A stretch of 64,000 nt of DNA from Deltaproteobacteria bacterium (GTDB lineage Bacteria; Desulfobacterota; BSN033; WVXP01). This document shows, piece by piece, positions 37,373 through 47,221 of the stretch. Position 1 is the stretch's first letter; each line of letters opens with the position of its first letter. The DNA lies in NCBI GenBank assembly GCA_019308905.1, contig JAFDHF010000015.1, positions 4,978 through 68,977 of the forward strand, read 5' to 3'. Under the pieces are notes generated by a model. The model was not told where the DNA came from. It made no database searches and was given only the letters and a program-made list of their open reading frames with translations. A program made the position numbers and the translations under genes.

Positions 37373-38404
37373 ATGAAGTTTTTCTTAAGCTATTTAAGGA
37401 GAAGAGCCCTTTTCCTGGTACCTCAGCTTTTTGGTGTCCTGCTCATCACCTTTATCGTTGTCCGGATGATTCCAGGCGACCCTGCAAGACTGATAGCGGG
37501 CGGTTTGGCACCGGAAGAGGGGGTAGAACAAATACGGCGCCGGATGGGTTTAACCGGGCCATTGTATCGTCAGTTCATCACGTACGTGACGAATGTCTGT
37601 AAGGGAAACTTAGGTAAGTCATGGTTCACGGGCAACAGGGTCATGGATGATATCAAACTGAGATTGCCGGCGACGCTTGAACTTATTGTCTTCGCTCTTC
37701 TGGTCACTTTCTTGGTGATGTTGCCAGTCGCTCTAAAGTCCGTTTCCGGTGGGAAGGGGCTGATACGCAACATTGCACAAAAGGGACTGTTCGGTTACGG
37801 CATGGCAGCCGGCGCCTTCCCGGATTTCTGGTTGGCTCTCATCCTGGTTTTCGTCTTTTATGCGGTTTTGAAGTGGGTTCCGCCCCCCACAGGCCGGCTG
37901 GACATAGCGATTCTTCCGCCTACGCGTATAACGGGGATGTACGTATTGGATAGTCTGGTCACGGGGAACTGGGTCGCTCTCGTCTCGAGTGTAAAACACC
38001 TGGTACTGCCGGTATTCGTGCTCGCCTTTGTGTACGGCGGGGCTATCCTAAAGGTGGCAATTGTCTCAGCTATGCAAGTCCAAAAATCAGAATTCGTCGA
38101 TTTTGCGAAAGTATGTGCCCTGCCCCCGGCCAAAATCCAGAAATATGTCCATAGAGCAGTCTATCCTTCTGTGGCTACGATGACGGCTGTTGTTTTCGGG
38201 TTTCTCCTGGGTGGGGCGGTGCTTGTCGAAACGGTATTCAGCTGGACAGGATTTGGACAGTATGCGGTTCAGTCAGTTGTCCAGTCAGACTATTTTGCGG
38301 TCCAAGGAGTCGTTTTGGTATCTGCCGTACTGAATCTGTTTATCTATATGCTCGTCGACATGGTCTATTTTTGGGTGGATCCTCGAATAAAGAGCCTTGG
38401 TTGA
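37373..38404 (+). CDS. ABC transporter permease, DppB/OppB-like
   Basis: Binding-protein-dependent transport inner-membrane component in a 343-aa, 6-TM protein. Confidence 0.8.
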   Translation: MKFFLSYLRRRALFLVPQLFGVLLITFIVVRMIPGDPARLIAGGLAPEEGVEQIRRRMGLTGPLYRQFITYVTNVCKGNLGKSWFTGNRVMDDIKLRLPATLELIVFALLVTFLVMLPVALKSVSGGKGLIRNIAQKGLFGYGMAAGAFPDFWLALILVFVFYAVLKWVPPPTGRLDIAILPPTRITGMYVLDSLVTGNWVALVSSVKHLVLPVFVLAFVYGGAILKVAIVSAMQVQKSEFVDFAKVCALPPAKIQKYVHRAVYPSVATMTAVVFGFLLGGAVLVETVFSWTGFGQYAVQSVVQSDYFAVQGVVLVSAVLNLFIYMLVDMVYFWVDPRIKSLG

Positions 38405-38440
38405 AGCCGAAAACGCACGGTCTGTGGAGGGAGGGAATGG

Positions 38441-39361
38441 ATGGATGTCGGGAGCATCTCCATATCTCGCGGATCCTTTGGGGATATTAGAAGGAGCTTC
38501 GTTCTAGTATATCTGAAGCATAACCGTCTACAGTTACTCGCAGCCGGCTATATGATCCTCTCGATCGTTCTCGCCTTGATCGGACCGATAGTTGTCCCCC
38601 ATTCGCCAACGACCCCGGATCCCCGTGCTCAATTACTTCCTCCCTCGTTCCGGTACTTGTTTGGAACAGACATAAACGGCATGTGCATTTTTTCGAGGAC
38701 CGTTTCTGCATTTCGCACGGATTTGTTCATATCGCTATGCGGCGCGCTGCTGGCTCTGGTGGTTGGAGCCCCACTGGGGGTACTCGCGGGTTTTTTCGAC
38801 GGGAGAAAAGGGGGGTATGGTGTTCTGAGTATGGTCATCCTTCGAATCATGGATATCATCCAGGCGTTTCCTATCTTCGTTTTGGGGCTGCTTCTCGTGG
38901 CCGGTTTCGGCCCGAACCCTCTGAACCTAATATTCTTGATCGGCATTACCAACCTCCCCCCTAACCTGCGGCTGGCCAGGTCTGAAGTACTCTCGCTGAG
39001 GGAGAAGTCTTTCGTCGAAGCGGCCAGGGCCGCGGGGAATAAAGAGCTCAGAGTCGCGTTCAGTCATGTAATGCCAAATGCGCTGACACCTGTCATCGCT
39101 TTGCTATCTCTGGTCATGGGGTTCGGCATTCTATTGACCGCAGGCTTGAGTTTCGTCGGCGCGGGGGTAAGGGTTCCGACACCAGAGTGGGGTTCGATGA
39201 TTGCTATAGGAGCGTCGTCGATGATAACCGGCCAATGGTGGCCTGCTTTCTTTCCCGGTCTCGTTATGGGACTCACGATCTTTGCATTTTCGATGATCGG
39301 ACAAGCCATCACCGCCTTACTCGATCCGTTAGAGCGGGTGAAACTCGGGTTTTCACGTTGA
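38441..39361 (+). CDS. ABC transporter permease, DppC/OppC-like
   Basis: 306-aa, 6-TM protein with an EAA-like loop (EAARAAGNKELRV). Confidence 0.8.
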   Translation: MDVGSISISRGSFGDIRRSFVLVYLKHNRLQLLAAGYMILSIVLALIGPIVVPHSPTTPDPRAQLLPPSFRYLFGTDINGMCIFSRTVSAFRTDLFISLCGALLALVVGAPLGVLAGFFDGRKGGYGVLSMVILRIMDIIQAFPIFVLGLLLVAGFGPNPLNLIFLIGITNLPPNLRLARSEVLSLREKSFVEAARAAGNKELRVAFSHVMPNALTPVIALLSLVMGFGILLTAGLSFVGAGVRVPTPEWGSMIAIGASSMITGQWWPAFFPGLVMGLTIFAFSMIGQAITALLDPLERVKLGFSR

Positions 39362-39611
39362 TGCGATTAGGGAGAAAAAACCGCCCGAGATTTGTCAGCG
39401 TGTTATTGAAAGAAAAACAGTTTTCAGAAAGGAGGTGGGCCGAAAGATTTCGAAGTCAATTATCCCCACGGACCATTGGTACGATGCAAGAGACATCAGT
39501 GGCCCATGAAGAAAGGAGGTGACGAGGAAGAAAATCCACGAGGACAAACAGGGATGCTTAGTCGTTTCCCGAAACAAGGGAAGAAATGAAACAAATATGG
39601 GAGGGCAAGAA

Positions 39612-41252
39612 ATGAGATCGAGATCGAAACTAACGAGATTCTTTTTCCTTGGAACGGCCCTTGCTTTGATAGCTGGCCTTACTCTATTACAGGGAGAGGC
39701 AAGAGCCAAGGATACTCTCATCATCGGTGTCCCATCAACACCGACTGGCATTGATCCTGACGTCAATGCCGAACCTGCGGGCTCCGATATCCAGGGAAAT
39801 CTCTACGATTGGGGGATAAGTCTGAAATTTACGCCATCGGCTCAAACCGGAATGGGGGATGTCATGGTCCCAGACTTCTACGCGGAATTACAGCCTGCGT
39901 TGATTGAGAGCTGGGAAGTGGCACCTGACTACAGCAGTTGCACGTTTCACCTGAGGAAAGGGGTGAAAAGTGCCTGGGGGAACGAGCTTACCACGGAAGA
40001 CATTCGCTGGAAGACGGAGAGAAACATCGCTTTGAAAGGTAACGGGGCGTTTATGCTAGGGGTCATCAACTGTGACAGCATGAACAATCTGGAGATAATC
40101 GATAAGTACACATTCAAAGTGACCCCGAACAGACCGGCCCACCTCATAGATGAAATGTGGAGCAACCTCTATTTCCCGATCTGGGATTCAACAGAGGCCA
40201 GGAAACACGCAACAGAGGAAGACCCGTGGGCTCATGACTGGGTCGCCACACATGGTGATGGATTTGGCACCTACTATATCACGGATTGGAAGGCGGGCCA
40301 GCACATAGTTCTAGAAGCCAATCCTCACGCGTGGCGAGGAAAGCCTGCTTTCAAGAAACTCATCTTCAAGGTTATCCCGGAGAGCTCCAGCCGCGTAGCC
40401 ATGGTCAAAGATGGTACCATTGATGTGGCAATGAAACTCTCTCCCAGGGAAATCGATGCGCTGAGAGATGCACCAGGTGTAAAGGTCATTAATCTCCAGG
40501 GCAACCTGGATCTGCATGTTATCACAAACCAGGCATTTGAGCCGTTCAAGAGCAAGCATGTGAGACAGGCTATCCAGTGGGCTATGCCTCAAGACGACAT
40601 CGTGAAACTCGCTTACTATGGACAGGCTATTCCATGGAAGGCCACCATTCCATCGATGTATCCCGGTGTCGATACCTCAGGCTTTCCATACTCCTACAAC
40701 TTGGAAAAAGCCAAAGAGTGCCTGAAGAAAGGTGGGTATCCCGAAGGATTCCAGGTAGATCTGTACTATAACGCCGACTTTGCAGCCCATGAGACGACCG
40801 CGGTGCTGATCAAGGATAGCCTCGCCAAAATTGGCGTCAAAGTCAATTTGCGAAAAACACCGGCCGGCTCCTTTAACGCCGGTGTCTTGGCCAGGAAGTT
40901 CCCCTTTTCCCTCTGGAACGACTATCCGTGCATCGCTGACCCCTTCTACTCCTACATACTCATGTATCTTAGTACCAACTATCACTGTTACGAGAATTAC
41001 AACAACCCTGAGGCCGACCGTATGATGCTGGAAGGCAATGACATCGTCGACACGGAGAAGAGATACGAGTATGCAAAGAAACTGGAAAGGCTGCTACTGG
41101 AGGATGTGCCGGTAGCTTGGGCTGTGGAACAGAACTATACCTGTGCGATAAGGGATAATATCAAGGGGTTCAATTGGGATGTCAGTAACAACGTGAGATA
41201 TGATTTTCTCTTTCCCGCTGCGCAACAGCCGAGTATAGAGATACCCCACTAA
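39612..41252 (+). CDS. ABC transporter substrate-binding protein, family 5 (peptide/opine/nickel type)
   Basis: Start reassigned to ATG 39612, which has a GGGAGGG RBS. Signal peptide plus an SBP_bac_5 fold of about 545 aa. Confidence 0.8.
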   Translation: MRSRSKLTRFFFLGTALALIAGLTLLQGEARAKDTLIIGVPSTPTGIDPDVNAEPAGSDIQGNLYDWGISLKFTPSAQTGMGDVMVPDFYAELQPALIESWEVAPDYSSCTFHLRKGVKSAWGNELTTEDIRWKTERNIALKGNGAFMLGVINCDSMNNLEIIDKYTFKVTPNRPAHLIDEMWSNLYFPIWDSTEARKHATEEDPWAHDWVATHGDGFGTYYITDWKAGQHIVLEANPHAWRGKPAFKKLIFKVIPESSSRVAMVKDGTIDVAMKLSPREIDALRDAPGVKVINLQGNLDLHVITNQAFEPFKSKHVRQAIQWAMPQDDIVKLAYYGQAIPWKATIPSMYPGVDTSGFPYSYNLEKAKECLKKGGYPEGFQVDLYYNADFAAHETTAVLIKDSLAKIGVKVNLRKTPAGSFNAGVLARKFPFSLWNDYPCIADPFYSYILMYLSTNYHCYENYNNPEADRMMLEGNDIVDTEKRYEYAKKLERLLLEDVPVAWAVEQNYTCAIRDNIKGFNWDVSNNVRYDFLFPAAQQPSIEIPH

Positions 41253-41452
41253 TCGCTTACTGCCAGGAGCCACTCATCCGTTCATGCGGGAGGGCACGGG
41301 AGCAACACGCGTTGCTCAAGGCTCTCCCGCAAAAACCGGCATGAGATGAGATTCTCTAACAGGAAGGATCACAAAAGCGCCGGGATCTGGAGTGGGGAAG
41401 CCCGGGGCTCCTATCAGCGTGGCAAGGATCTTCGACTAGGGAGACTGCAAAG

Positions 41453-41917
41453 ATGAGCGAGAACACATTCAAAAAGGAAGTCGTCCATGCAGCTCTGGAG
41501 AGTTTTACGAATTGGGGGAACTCCGGCGTCCAATATGTAGCAAAAGCGTATGGCGACAGGGCAGCCGTCGAGTATCTCCGGGAGTGCGGCTACGCCTTGG
41601 TCAGGCCGGTCGTTGAGAATGCAGGCAAAGAGGGAGAGAAAGTAATAGACGGGTTGGAGATGTTTCACCGTTTGATGGGTAGCCAAGTCAAGGTCGAGGA
41701 GGACGAGGAGAGCAAGCGGCTCGTGGTTGTAAATTGCGCGAGTGGTGACAGAATGAAACGTCAGGGCTTGATTACCCAGCGGAGGAAGGATAACACCCCC
41801 TATTACTGCTATCACTGCACGTTGTGGTGGGAGGAGATGTTGAAGGAAGCGGGTTTCAATTTTGCTTTTCATTATTCTGAAGATGGTCCGTGTATATATG
41901 AATACAAGAAGAGATAA
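41453..41917 (+). CDS. Hypothetical Cys-containing 154-aa protein inserted inside the ABC operon
   Basis: Good coding periodicity and spacing, with a YYCYHC motif. I do not recognise any family. Confidence 0.4.
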   Translation: MSENTFKKEVVHAALESFTNWGNSGVQYVAKAYGDRAAVEYLRECGYALVRPVVENAGKEGEKVIDGLEMFHRLMGSQVKVEEDEESKRLVVVNCASGDRMKRQGLITQRRKDNTPYYCYHCTLWWEEMLKEAGFNFAFHYSEDGPCIYEYKKR

Positions 41918-41991
41918 CATTGGCCATCCGGATAGTTGCCGGGCCGTACCCCTCTGATTTTGAGAGACAAAAGACGAAGGAAGGATAATTT

Positions 41992-42999
41992 GTGGATCAA
42001 GAAATCCTAATTGTGAAAAACCTCAATGCATTTTGTCCTTCTTCTCTCGGGAAAGGCGCACAAAGAATCCTCGACAATGTTAGTATCATCTTAAGCGAAA
42101 ATGATATCCTTGGACTGGTCGGCGAGACCGGTGCGGGAAAATCGGTCCTTATCGACGCAATCGGACGTAACCTAAAGCCCCCCTTGTGGTTCGAGGCGGA
42201 GACCCTATCCGTGAATCTCGACGGGCGCATGGAGAACCTCCTGGACAAAAACGAAGAACAAATGGCAAAGATCTGGGGGAAAGGAATAGCATTTATTCCT
42301 CCCAATGCCAGAGACAGGCTCAATCCCCTTCTGACGATCGGGGAGCAATTTTCCAACATCATTTGCGCTCATTCCCGCCTTTCCCCGAAGGAAGCTCGTG
42401 ATAAGGCGATCGAAACGTTCAGATTGGTTCAGATGCCCGACGCCGAACGAAACTTGGATAGCTATCCCCATGAACTGAGTGGAGGCATGGCACAGAGGGT
42501 TGTCATCTCTATAGCTCTATTCATGTTGCCCAAGGTCTTACTCGCCGACGAGCCCACCATGGGTCTCGACGTAACTATTCAAAAACAGGTTCTCGATTTG
42601 ATGGCAAGACTCCTTGTGGACCTTCAATCAAGCGCCATCATTGCGACACGTGACCTCGGCATCGTGGCTAACTACTGCAAAAGGGTTGCAGTCATGTGCA
42701 ATGGACAGGTCGTTGAACTGGCGCCGGTTCGGGAGTTTTTCAAAAACGCAGTCCATCCTTATAGCCACTACCTTTTGGAGGCCGCGTTCGCCTCTCATGG
42801 AATGACCGCTCGAATAGACTCGAAGAAAGTGGCGACCCGGAGCGAGATGGAAATGAGGAGTGAAAACAGCTGTCGTTTTGCGGGTCGATGCGCCCACGCG
42901 GAAGAGATGAAAGATCTCTGTTGGTCTGTCAACCCACCGGAAACATTCCTCAATCCAGATCACTTTGTGAGATGTCACAGAATTTCGGAGGGTAAATAG
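41992..42999 (+). CDS. ABC ATP-binding protein, DppD/OppD-like with C-terminal oligopeptide-ATPase extension; degenerate Q-loop and H-loop
   Basis: Walker A GETGAGKS, signature LSGGMAQRV, Walker B LLADEPT. The Q-loop position reads FIPPNARDRLNP (no Gln) and the H-loop reads ATRDL (Arg instead of His). Confidence 0.8.
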   Translation: MDQEILIVKNLNAFCPSSLGKGAQRILDNVSIILSENDILGLVGETGAGKSVLIDAIGRNLKPPLWFEAETLSVNLDGRMENLLDKNEEQMAKIWGKGIAFIPPNARDRLNPLLTIGEQFSNIICAHSRLSPKEARDKAIETFRLVQMPDAERNLDSYPHELSGGMAQRVVISIALFMLPKVLLADEPTMGLDVTIQKQVLDLMARLLVDLQSSAIIATRDLGIVANYCKRVAVMCNGQVVELAPVREFFKNAVHPYSHYLLEAAFASHGMTARIDSKKVATRSEMEMRSENSCRFAGRCAHAEEMKDLCWSVNPPETFLNPDHFVRCHRISEGK

Positions 43000-43000
43000 G

Positions 43001-43957
43001 TTGCCGGATATACTAAACGTGGAAAACCTACATAAGCGGTTCCCTCTTAAGAAAGGAGGGGCTGTTTGTGCGGTCAATGGTATCACATTTTCGATCCCCA
43101 AGGGGAAAACTCTCGGACTCGTTGGAGAAAGCGGCTGTGGTAAAACGACAACAGGCCGATGCATCGTTCGTTTGATCGAACCAACGGAGGGCAGGGTCAT
43201 TTATGACGGTAAGGACGTAACTCGAGTTTCCGAGCGTGAGTTTAGAAATCTGAGGTCCGAAATTCAAATTGTCTTTCAGGAGCCTTACGATGCCTTGAAT
43301 CCAAGAAAGAAGGTAAGACAGATACTGGAAGATCCGTTGATGGTGAGTGGGAGATTTGATAAGGTTGAACGTTTGGAAAGGGTGAGAGAAGCTTTGGAAA
43401 TGGTGGAACTGACCGACGACCGTCTGAATAAGTACCCTATTCAGTTAACTCAGGGCGAGCAACAGAGAATCGGAGTCGCCCGGGCTCTTATCACAAATCC
43501 AAAAGTCGTCGTCCTTGACGAACCTACATCATTGTTGGATATACGTTTCCGTGCAGAAATCGTGGTACTTCTGAAAAAATTACAAGAAAAACTAGGCATT
43601 TCTTATCTCTTCATCACCCACGACTTGGTTGTCATATCTGAGCTCAGCCACCGGGTGGCGATAATGTATCTGGGGAGAATCGTTGAAGAGGGACCAGCAC
43701 ACGCAGTTTTCGGATCTCCCCTACACCCCTACACACGTGCCTTACTCGCTGCAGGACTGCTGCCAGACCCAGACCAAGAAAAGGTGGAATTCGTATTGAA
43801 GGGAGAGGTACCGAGCCCTGTGAACCTGCCCGACAACAGATGCAATTTGGCTCCACGCTGTCCACTGGCAAAAACCCATTGTTATGAGTCACTTCCTAAA
43901 CTGCAGGAATTGGGAGAAGGCCACTTTGTTGCCTGCTTTGAAGCTACTCACCCGTAG
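43001..43957 (+). CDS. ABC ATP-binding protein, DppF/OppF-like; degenerate signature motif
   Basis: Walker A GESGCGKTT, Q-loop FQEPYDALNP, Walker B VVLDEPT, H-loop ITHD. The signature reads LTQGEQQR instead of LSGGQ. Confidence 0.8.
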   Translation: MPDILNVENLHKRFPLKKGGAVCAVNGITFSIPKGKTLGLVGESGCGKTTTGRCIVRLIEPTEGRVIYDGKDVTRVSEREFRNLRSEIQIVFQEPYDALNPRKKVRQILEDPLMVSGRFDKVERLERVREALEMVELTDDRLNKYPIQLTQGEQQRIGVARALITNPKVVVLDEPTSLLDIRFRAEIVVLLKKLQEKLGISYLFITHDLVVISELSHRVAIMYLGRIVEEGPAHAVFGSPLHPYTRALLAAGLLPDPDQEKVEFVLKGEVPSPVNLPDNRCNLAPRCPLAKTHCYESLPKLQELGEGHFVACFEATHP

Positions 43958-43987
43958 CAACCCATACCGTGGCGAACAGGAGGGAAC

Positions 43988-44974
43988 ATGAGTGAGATTC
44001 GGAAGATATCAGAAAGCCGCCTCCGAGAGTTGTACAAAAGGCTATTGATGGTTCGCCGATTCGAAGAAAAGGTGGACGAACTGTTCAGAAAGGGGAAAAT
44101 ATACGGGACGGTCCACGTTTCGGTCGGGCAGGAGGCTGTGGCGGTCGGGGTTGCTGAGGCATTACGCGCGGATGATCTCGTGATCGCCACCCATCGAGGC
44201 CACGGCCATTGTTTGATGAGGGGAGCCGATCCCAGGCTGATGATGGCTGAGCTTCTAGGAAAGGCTACGGGGCTGTGCGGGGGCAAGGGCGGATCGATGC
44301 ACATTGTGGATGCGAAGCGCGGAATGTTGGGCGCCATGGGGATTGTTGGTGAAGGGATGCCGATCGCGGCGGGAGTCGGCCTGGCACTCAAGATGCAGAA
44401 AAGGGAGCAGGTCTGTGTCTGTTTTTTTGGAGACAATGCGTCCAACGGGGGGCCATTTCATGAGTCCCTCAATGTATCGGCTTTGTGGAAGCTCCCGGTA
44501 GTCTTCGTCTGTGAGAACAACCTCTACGGTCTGTCGGTTCCGCTGAAAAAGACTTCAGCCGTCGAAGACATTGCCGTCCAGGCAAAAGCCTATGATATAC
44601 CAGGGATTGTAGTGGACGGCATGGATGTTTTGGCTGTATACGACGAAGCCAGGAAGGCTGTGAGAAGGGCCCGCCGTGGAAAGGGGCCGTCGCTTCTGGA
44701 GTGCAAGACGTATCGATTCCTGGGCCACTCAAGAGGCGATCCGGCCTACGGGCCATATCGCTCCAAGGAGGAACTGGTAGCGTGGAAGAAGAGAGACCCT
44801 CTGTTGGTCATTAACAAAGACGGCCGGCTGAGTCCTGAGGATGTTAAGGAAGTCGAAAAAGAAGTTTCCGAAATGATTGAGCAAGCCGTCCGCTATGCAG
44901 AGAAAAGTCCTGAGCCTGATGCCGGAACGGTACTCGAAGACATCTATGTCCAGGAAAGGTGTAGCCCGTCATGA
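43988..44974 (+). CDS. Thiamine-diphosphate dependent 2-oxoacid/acetoin dehydrogenase E1 alpha subunit
   Basis: TPP-binding motif (GGKGGSMHI...GDNASNGG) in a 328-aa protein typical of AcoA/PdhA. Confidence 0.85.
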   Translation: MSEIRKISESRLRELYKRLLMVRRFEEKVDELFRKGKIYGTVHVSVGQEAVAVGVAEALRADDLVIATHRGHGHCLMRGADPRLMMAELLGKATGLCGGKGGSMHIVDAKRGMLGAMGIVGEGMPIAAGVGLALKMQKREQVCVCFFGDNASNGGPFHESLNVSALWKLPVVFVCENNLYGLSVPLKKTSAVEDIAVQAKAYDIPGIVVDGMDVLAVYDEARKAVRRARRGKGPSLLECKTYRFLGHSRGDPAYGPYRSKEELVAWKKRDPLLVINKDGRLSPEDVKEVEKEVSEMIEQAVRYAEKSPEPDAGTVLEDIYVQERCSPS

Positions 44975-45945
44975 GAGAGATCAAATATGCAGAGGCGCTC
45001 CGTGAGGCCCTGGCCGAGGAAATGCGCAGGGATGAAAGGGTTTTCGTATTCGGAGAGGATGTTGAACTCGGCTATGCATTCACCGTGTGCAAGGGATTGA
45101 TCGACGAGTTTGGTCCCGAGCGGGTTTTTGACACACCGATTTGTGAACAGACGATTGTGGGCGTGGCTGTGGGATCCTCCATGATGGGCATGCGGCCGGT
45201 TCCCGAGATCCAGTTCTGTGACCTGCTTCCCCTGTGCATGGATCAGATATGTAATCAGGCGGCCAAGCTTCGTTACATGTCCGGAGGACAGGTCTCTTTC
45301 CCTCTGGTCGTCCGGAGCCCTGCCGGTCGATGGGGGGGATTTGCGGCCCAGCACTCACAGACACTCGATGCCTGGTTCATGAATGTTCCGGGGCTCAAGG
45401 TGGCTGTGCCGGCAACGCCGTACGATGCTAAGGGCCTCTTGAAGGCGGCTATTCGGGATGAAGATCCGGTATTGTTTATCGAACGAAAGCTCCTTTACCA
45501 GATTCCCGGGCCGGTTCCTGAAGAGGAGTACATTGTGTCTTTTGGGGAAGCGAGAACTCATCGGGAGGGTAGCGATCTGACTATTGTGGCTATCGGCCGC
45601 ATGGTGGGGATAGCCTTGGAGGCCTCCGAGGTACTCGAAAGAGAGGGAGTCACCGCGACGGTCCTGGATCCGAGAACCCTCATTCCCCTTGACAAAAAGG
45701 CCATCCTTGAATCGGTGACAAAAACCCATCGAGCCGTGATCGTTGAGGAAGGTCCCAAGACAGGGGGAGTGGGGGGGGAAATCGCTGCCTTGATTGCAGA
45801 AGAGGTCCTGGACTCTTTGGACGCGCCGATCCGCCGGATTGCAGCCTTGGATGCACCGATTCCTTTCAATTCGGCCTTAGAGGACTCTGTTTTCCCGAAC
45901 GCGCACAGAGTGGTCGAAGTCGTCAGGGACTTGATGTCGTTCTGA
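44971..45945 (+). CDS. 2-oxoacid/acetoin dehydrogenase E1 beta subunit
   Basis: Transketolase-like pyrimidine-binding and C-terminal domains; translationally coupled (ATGA) to E1 alpha. Confidence 0.85.
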   Translation: MREIKYAEALREALAEEMRRDERVFVFGEDVELGYAFTVCKGLIDEFGPERVFDTPICEQTIVGVAVGSSMMGMRPVPEIQFCDLLPLCMDQICNQAAKLRYMSGGQVSFPLVVRSPAGRWGGFAAQHSQTLDAWFMNVPGLKVAVPATPYDAKGLLKAAIRDEDPVLFIERKLLYQIPGPVPEEEYIVSFGEARTHREGSDLTIVAIGRMVGIALEASEVLEREGVTATVLDPRTLIPLDKKAILESVTKTHRAVIVEEGPKTGGVGGEIAALIAEEVLDSLDAPIRRIAALDAPIPFNSALEDSVFPNAHRVVEVVRDLMSF

Positions 45946-45995
45946 ACCAGAAGTTCGGTGGGATTGTCTACCAGGGCGGTTGGAAGGGGTACGCG

Positions 45996-47213
45996 ATGGC
46001 AACTGAGGTAACCATACCCAACCTGGGTTACACGATGACCGTAGCCAAGATATTGAGATGGCTGAAATCTGTTGGCGATACGGTGGAAGCCGGGGAAACC
46101 CTGCTGGAGATCGAGACAGATAAAGTGACCTATGGCATAGAGTCTCCAGCCACCGGGATCGTCAAGGCACTCGTTGTGAATGAGGGAGAGGAAGTGCCCG
46201 TGGGAGGCGTCGTGGCGATCGTCGGCGCGGCTGACGAAGAGATCGACGTTGGCCTCTACCGGAACGGTGAAAAGGAGAAGCCGGCCGTCGAGGTCGGCCG
46301 GGCTCGACTACCCCAGGGGGCTCCCCCGACCGCTCCGCGGCCAATGAGGAACGGCGTACCGGCCTCACCATTGGTTAGAAAGGTCGCCAGGGATAAGGGG
46401 ATTGACCTTTCGTTGATTAGGGGATCGGGCCGTTCGGGAAGAATTCGGATGGCCGATCTGGAGAAGTATCTTAGGGAGTTCAAGCAGGCCAGAGCCGGAG
46501 CACCCCCCACGAACGAGCCGGGCGAAATCGCAGAGATTATTCCCATGACACCCATTCGCCGGACCATTGCCCAGCGGCTCTCTCAGAGCTCTCATGACGC
46601 TCCTCATTTCAATCTGTTTACAGAAGTTGACATGGCCGAGGCCATAAAGCTGCGTGAAATCGTGAGAGAGAAGATCGAGTGGAAAACCGGTGTGAAGCTT
46701 TCTCTGAATGACATCTACATCAAGACGGTAGCCGCTGTGCTTGGAGACTATCCCCGTCTCAATGCCAGATTGGAGGGTGATCAGATCGAAGTGTTCAGAA
46801 ACATCAACATCGGTCTGGCGGTGGCTCTTGACGACGGGTTGATTGTCCCAGCCATCGAAAAGGCGGACCGGAAAAGCCTCTGGCAGATTGCCACTGAACG
46901 AAAGGATTTGGTGGAGCGGGCCCGCAACGGCCGTCTGTCCTTACACGAACTGGAGCGAGGAACGTTCACGATATCGAACCTAGGAATGTATGACATTGTC
47001 GCTTTTACCTCCATTCTCAACCCGCCCCAGACCGGTATCTTGTCTATTGGCAAGACCATGGACAGGCCCATTGTCAGAGATGGGTCGGTTGTCATCCGAC
47101 CCATGGTCGCGATGACCCTGGCCGTGGATCACCGGGTCGTTGACGGTGCGGTGGGAGCGCGGTTTCTTCGGGATCTCAAGAGTGCGCTTGAGAATCCCTA
47201 CCTGCTGTTCTGA
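45996..47213 (+). CDS. Dihydrolipoamide acyltransferase E2 (lipoyl, E3-binding and catalytic domains)
   Basis: Lipoyl-Lys motif (IETDKVTYGIESP), a PSBD region, and the catalytic DHRVVDGA. Confidence 0.85.
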   Translation: MATEVTIPNLGYTMTVAKILRWLKSVGDTVEAGETLLEIETDKVTYGIESPATGIVKALVVNEGEEVPVGGVVAIVGAADEEIDVGLYRNGEKEKPAVEVGRARLPQGAPPTAPRPMRNGVPASPLVRKVARDKGIDLSLIRGSGRSGRIRMADLEKYLREFKQARAGAPPTNEPGEIAEIIPMTPIRRTIAQRLSQSSHDAPHFNLFTEVDMAEAIKLREIVREKIEWKTGVKLSLNDIYIKTVAAVLGDYPRLNARLEGDQIEVFRNINIGLAVALDDGLIVPAIEKADRKSLWQIATERKDLVERARNGRLSLHELERGTFTISNLGMYDIVAFTSILNPPQTGILSIGKTMDRPIVRDGSVVIRPMVAMTLAVDHRVVDGAVGARFLRDLKSALENPYLLF

Positions 47214-47221
47214 TTGATTCC

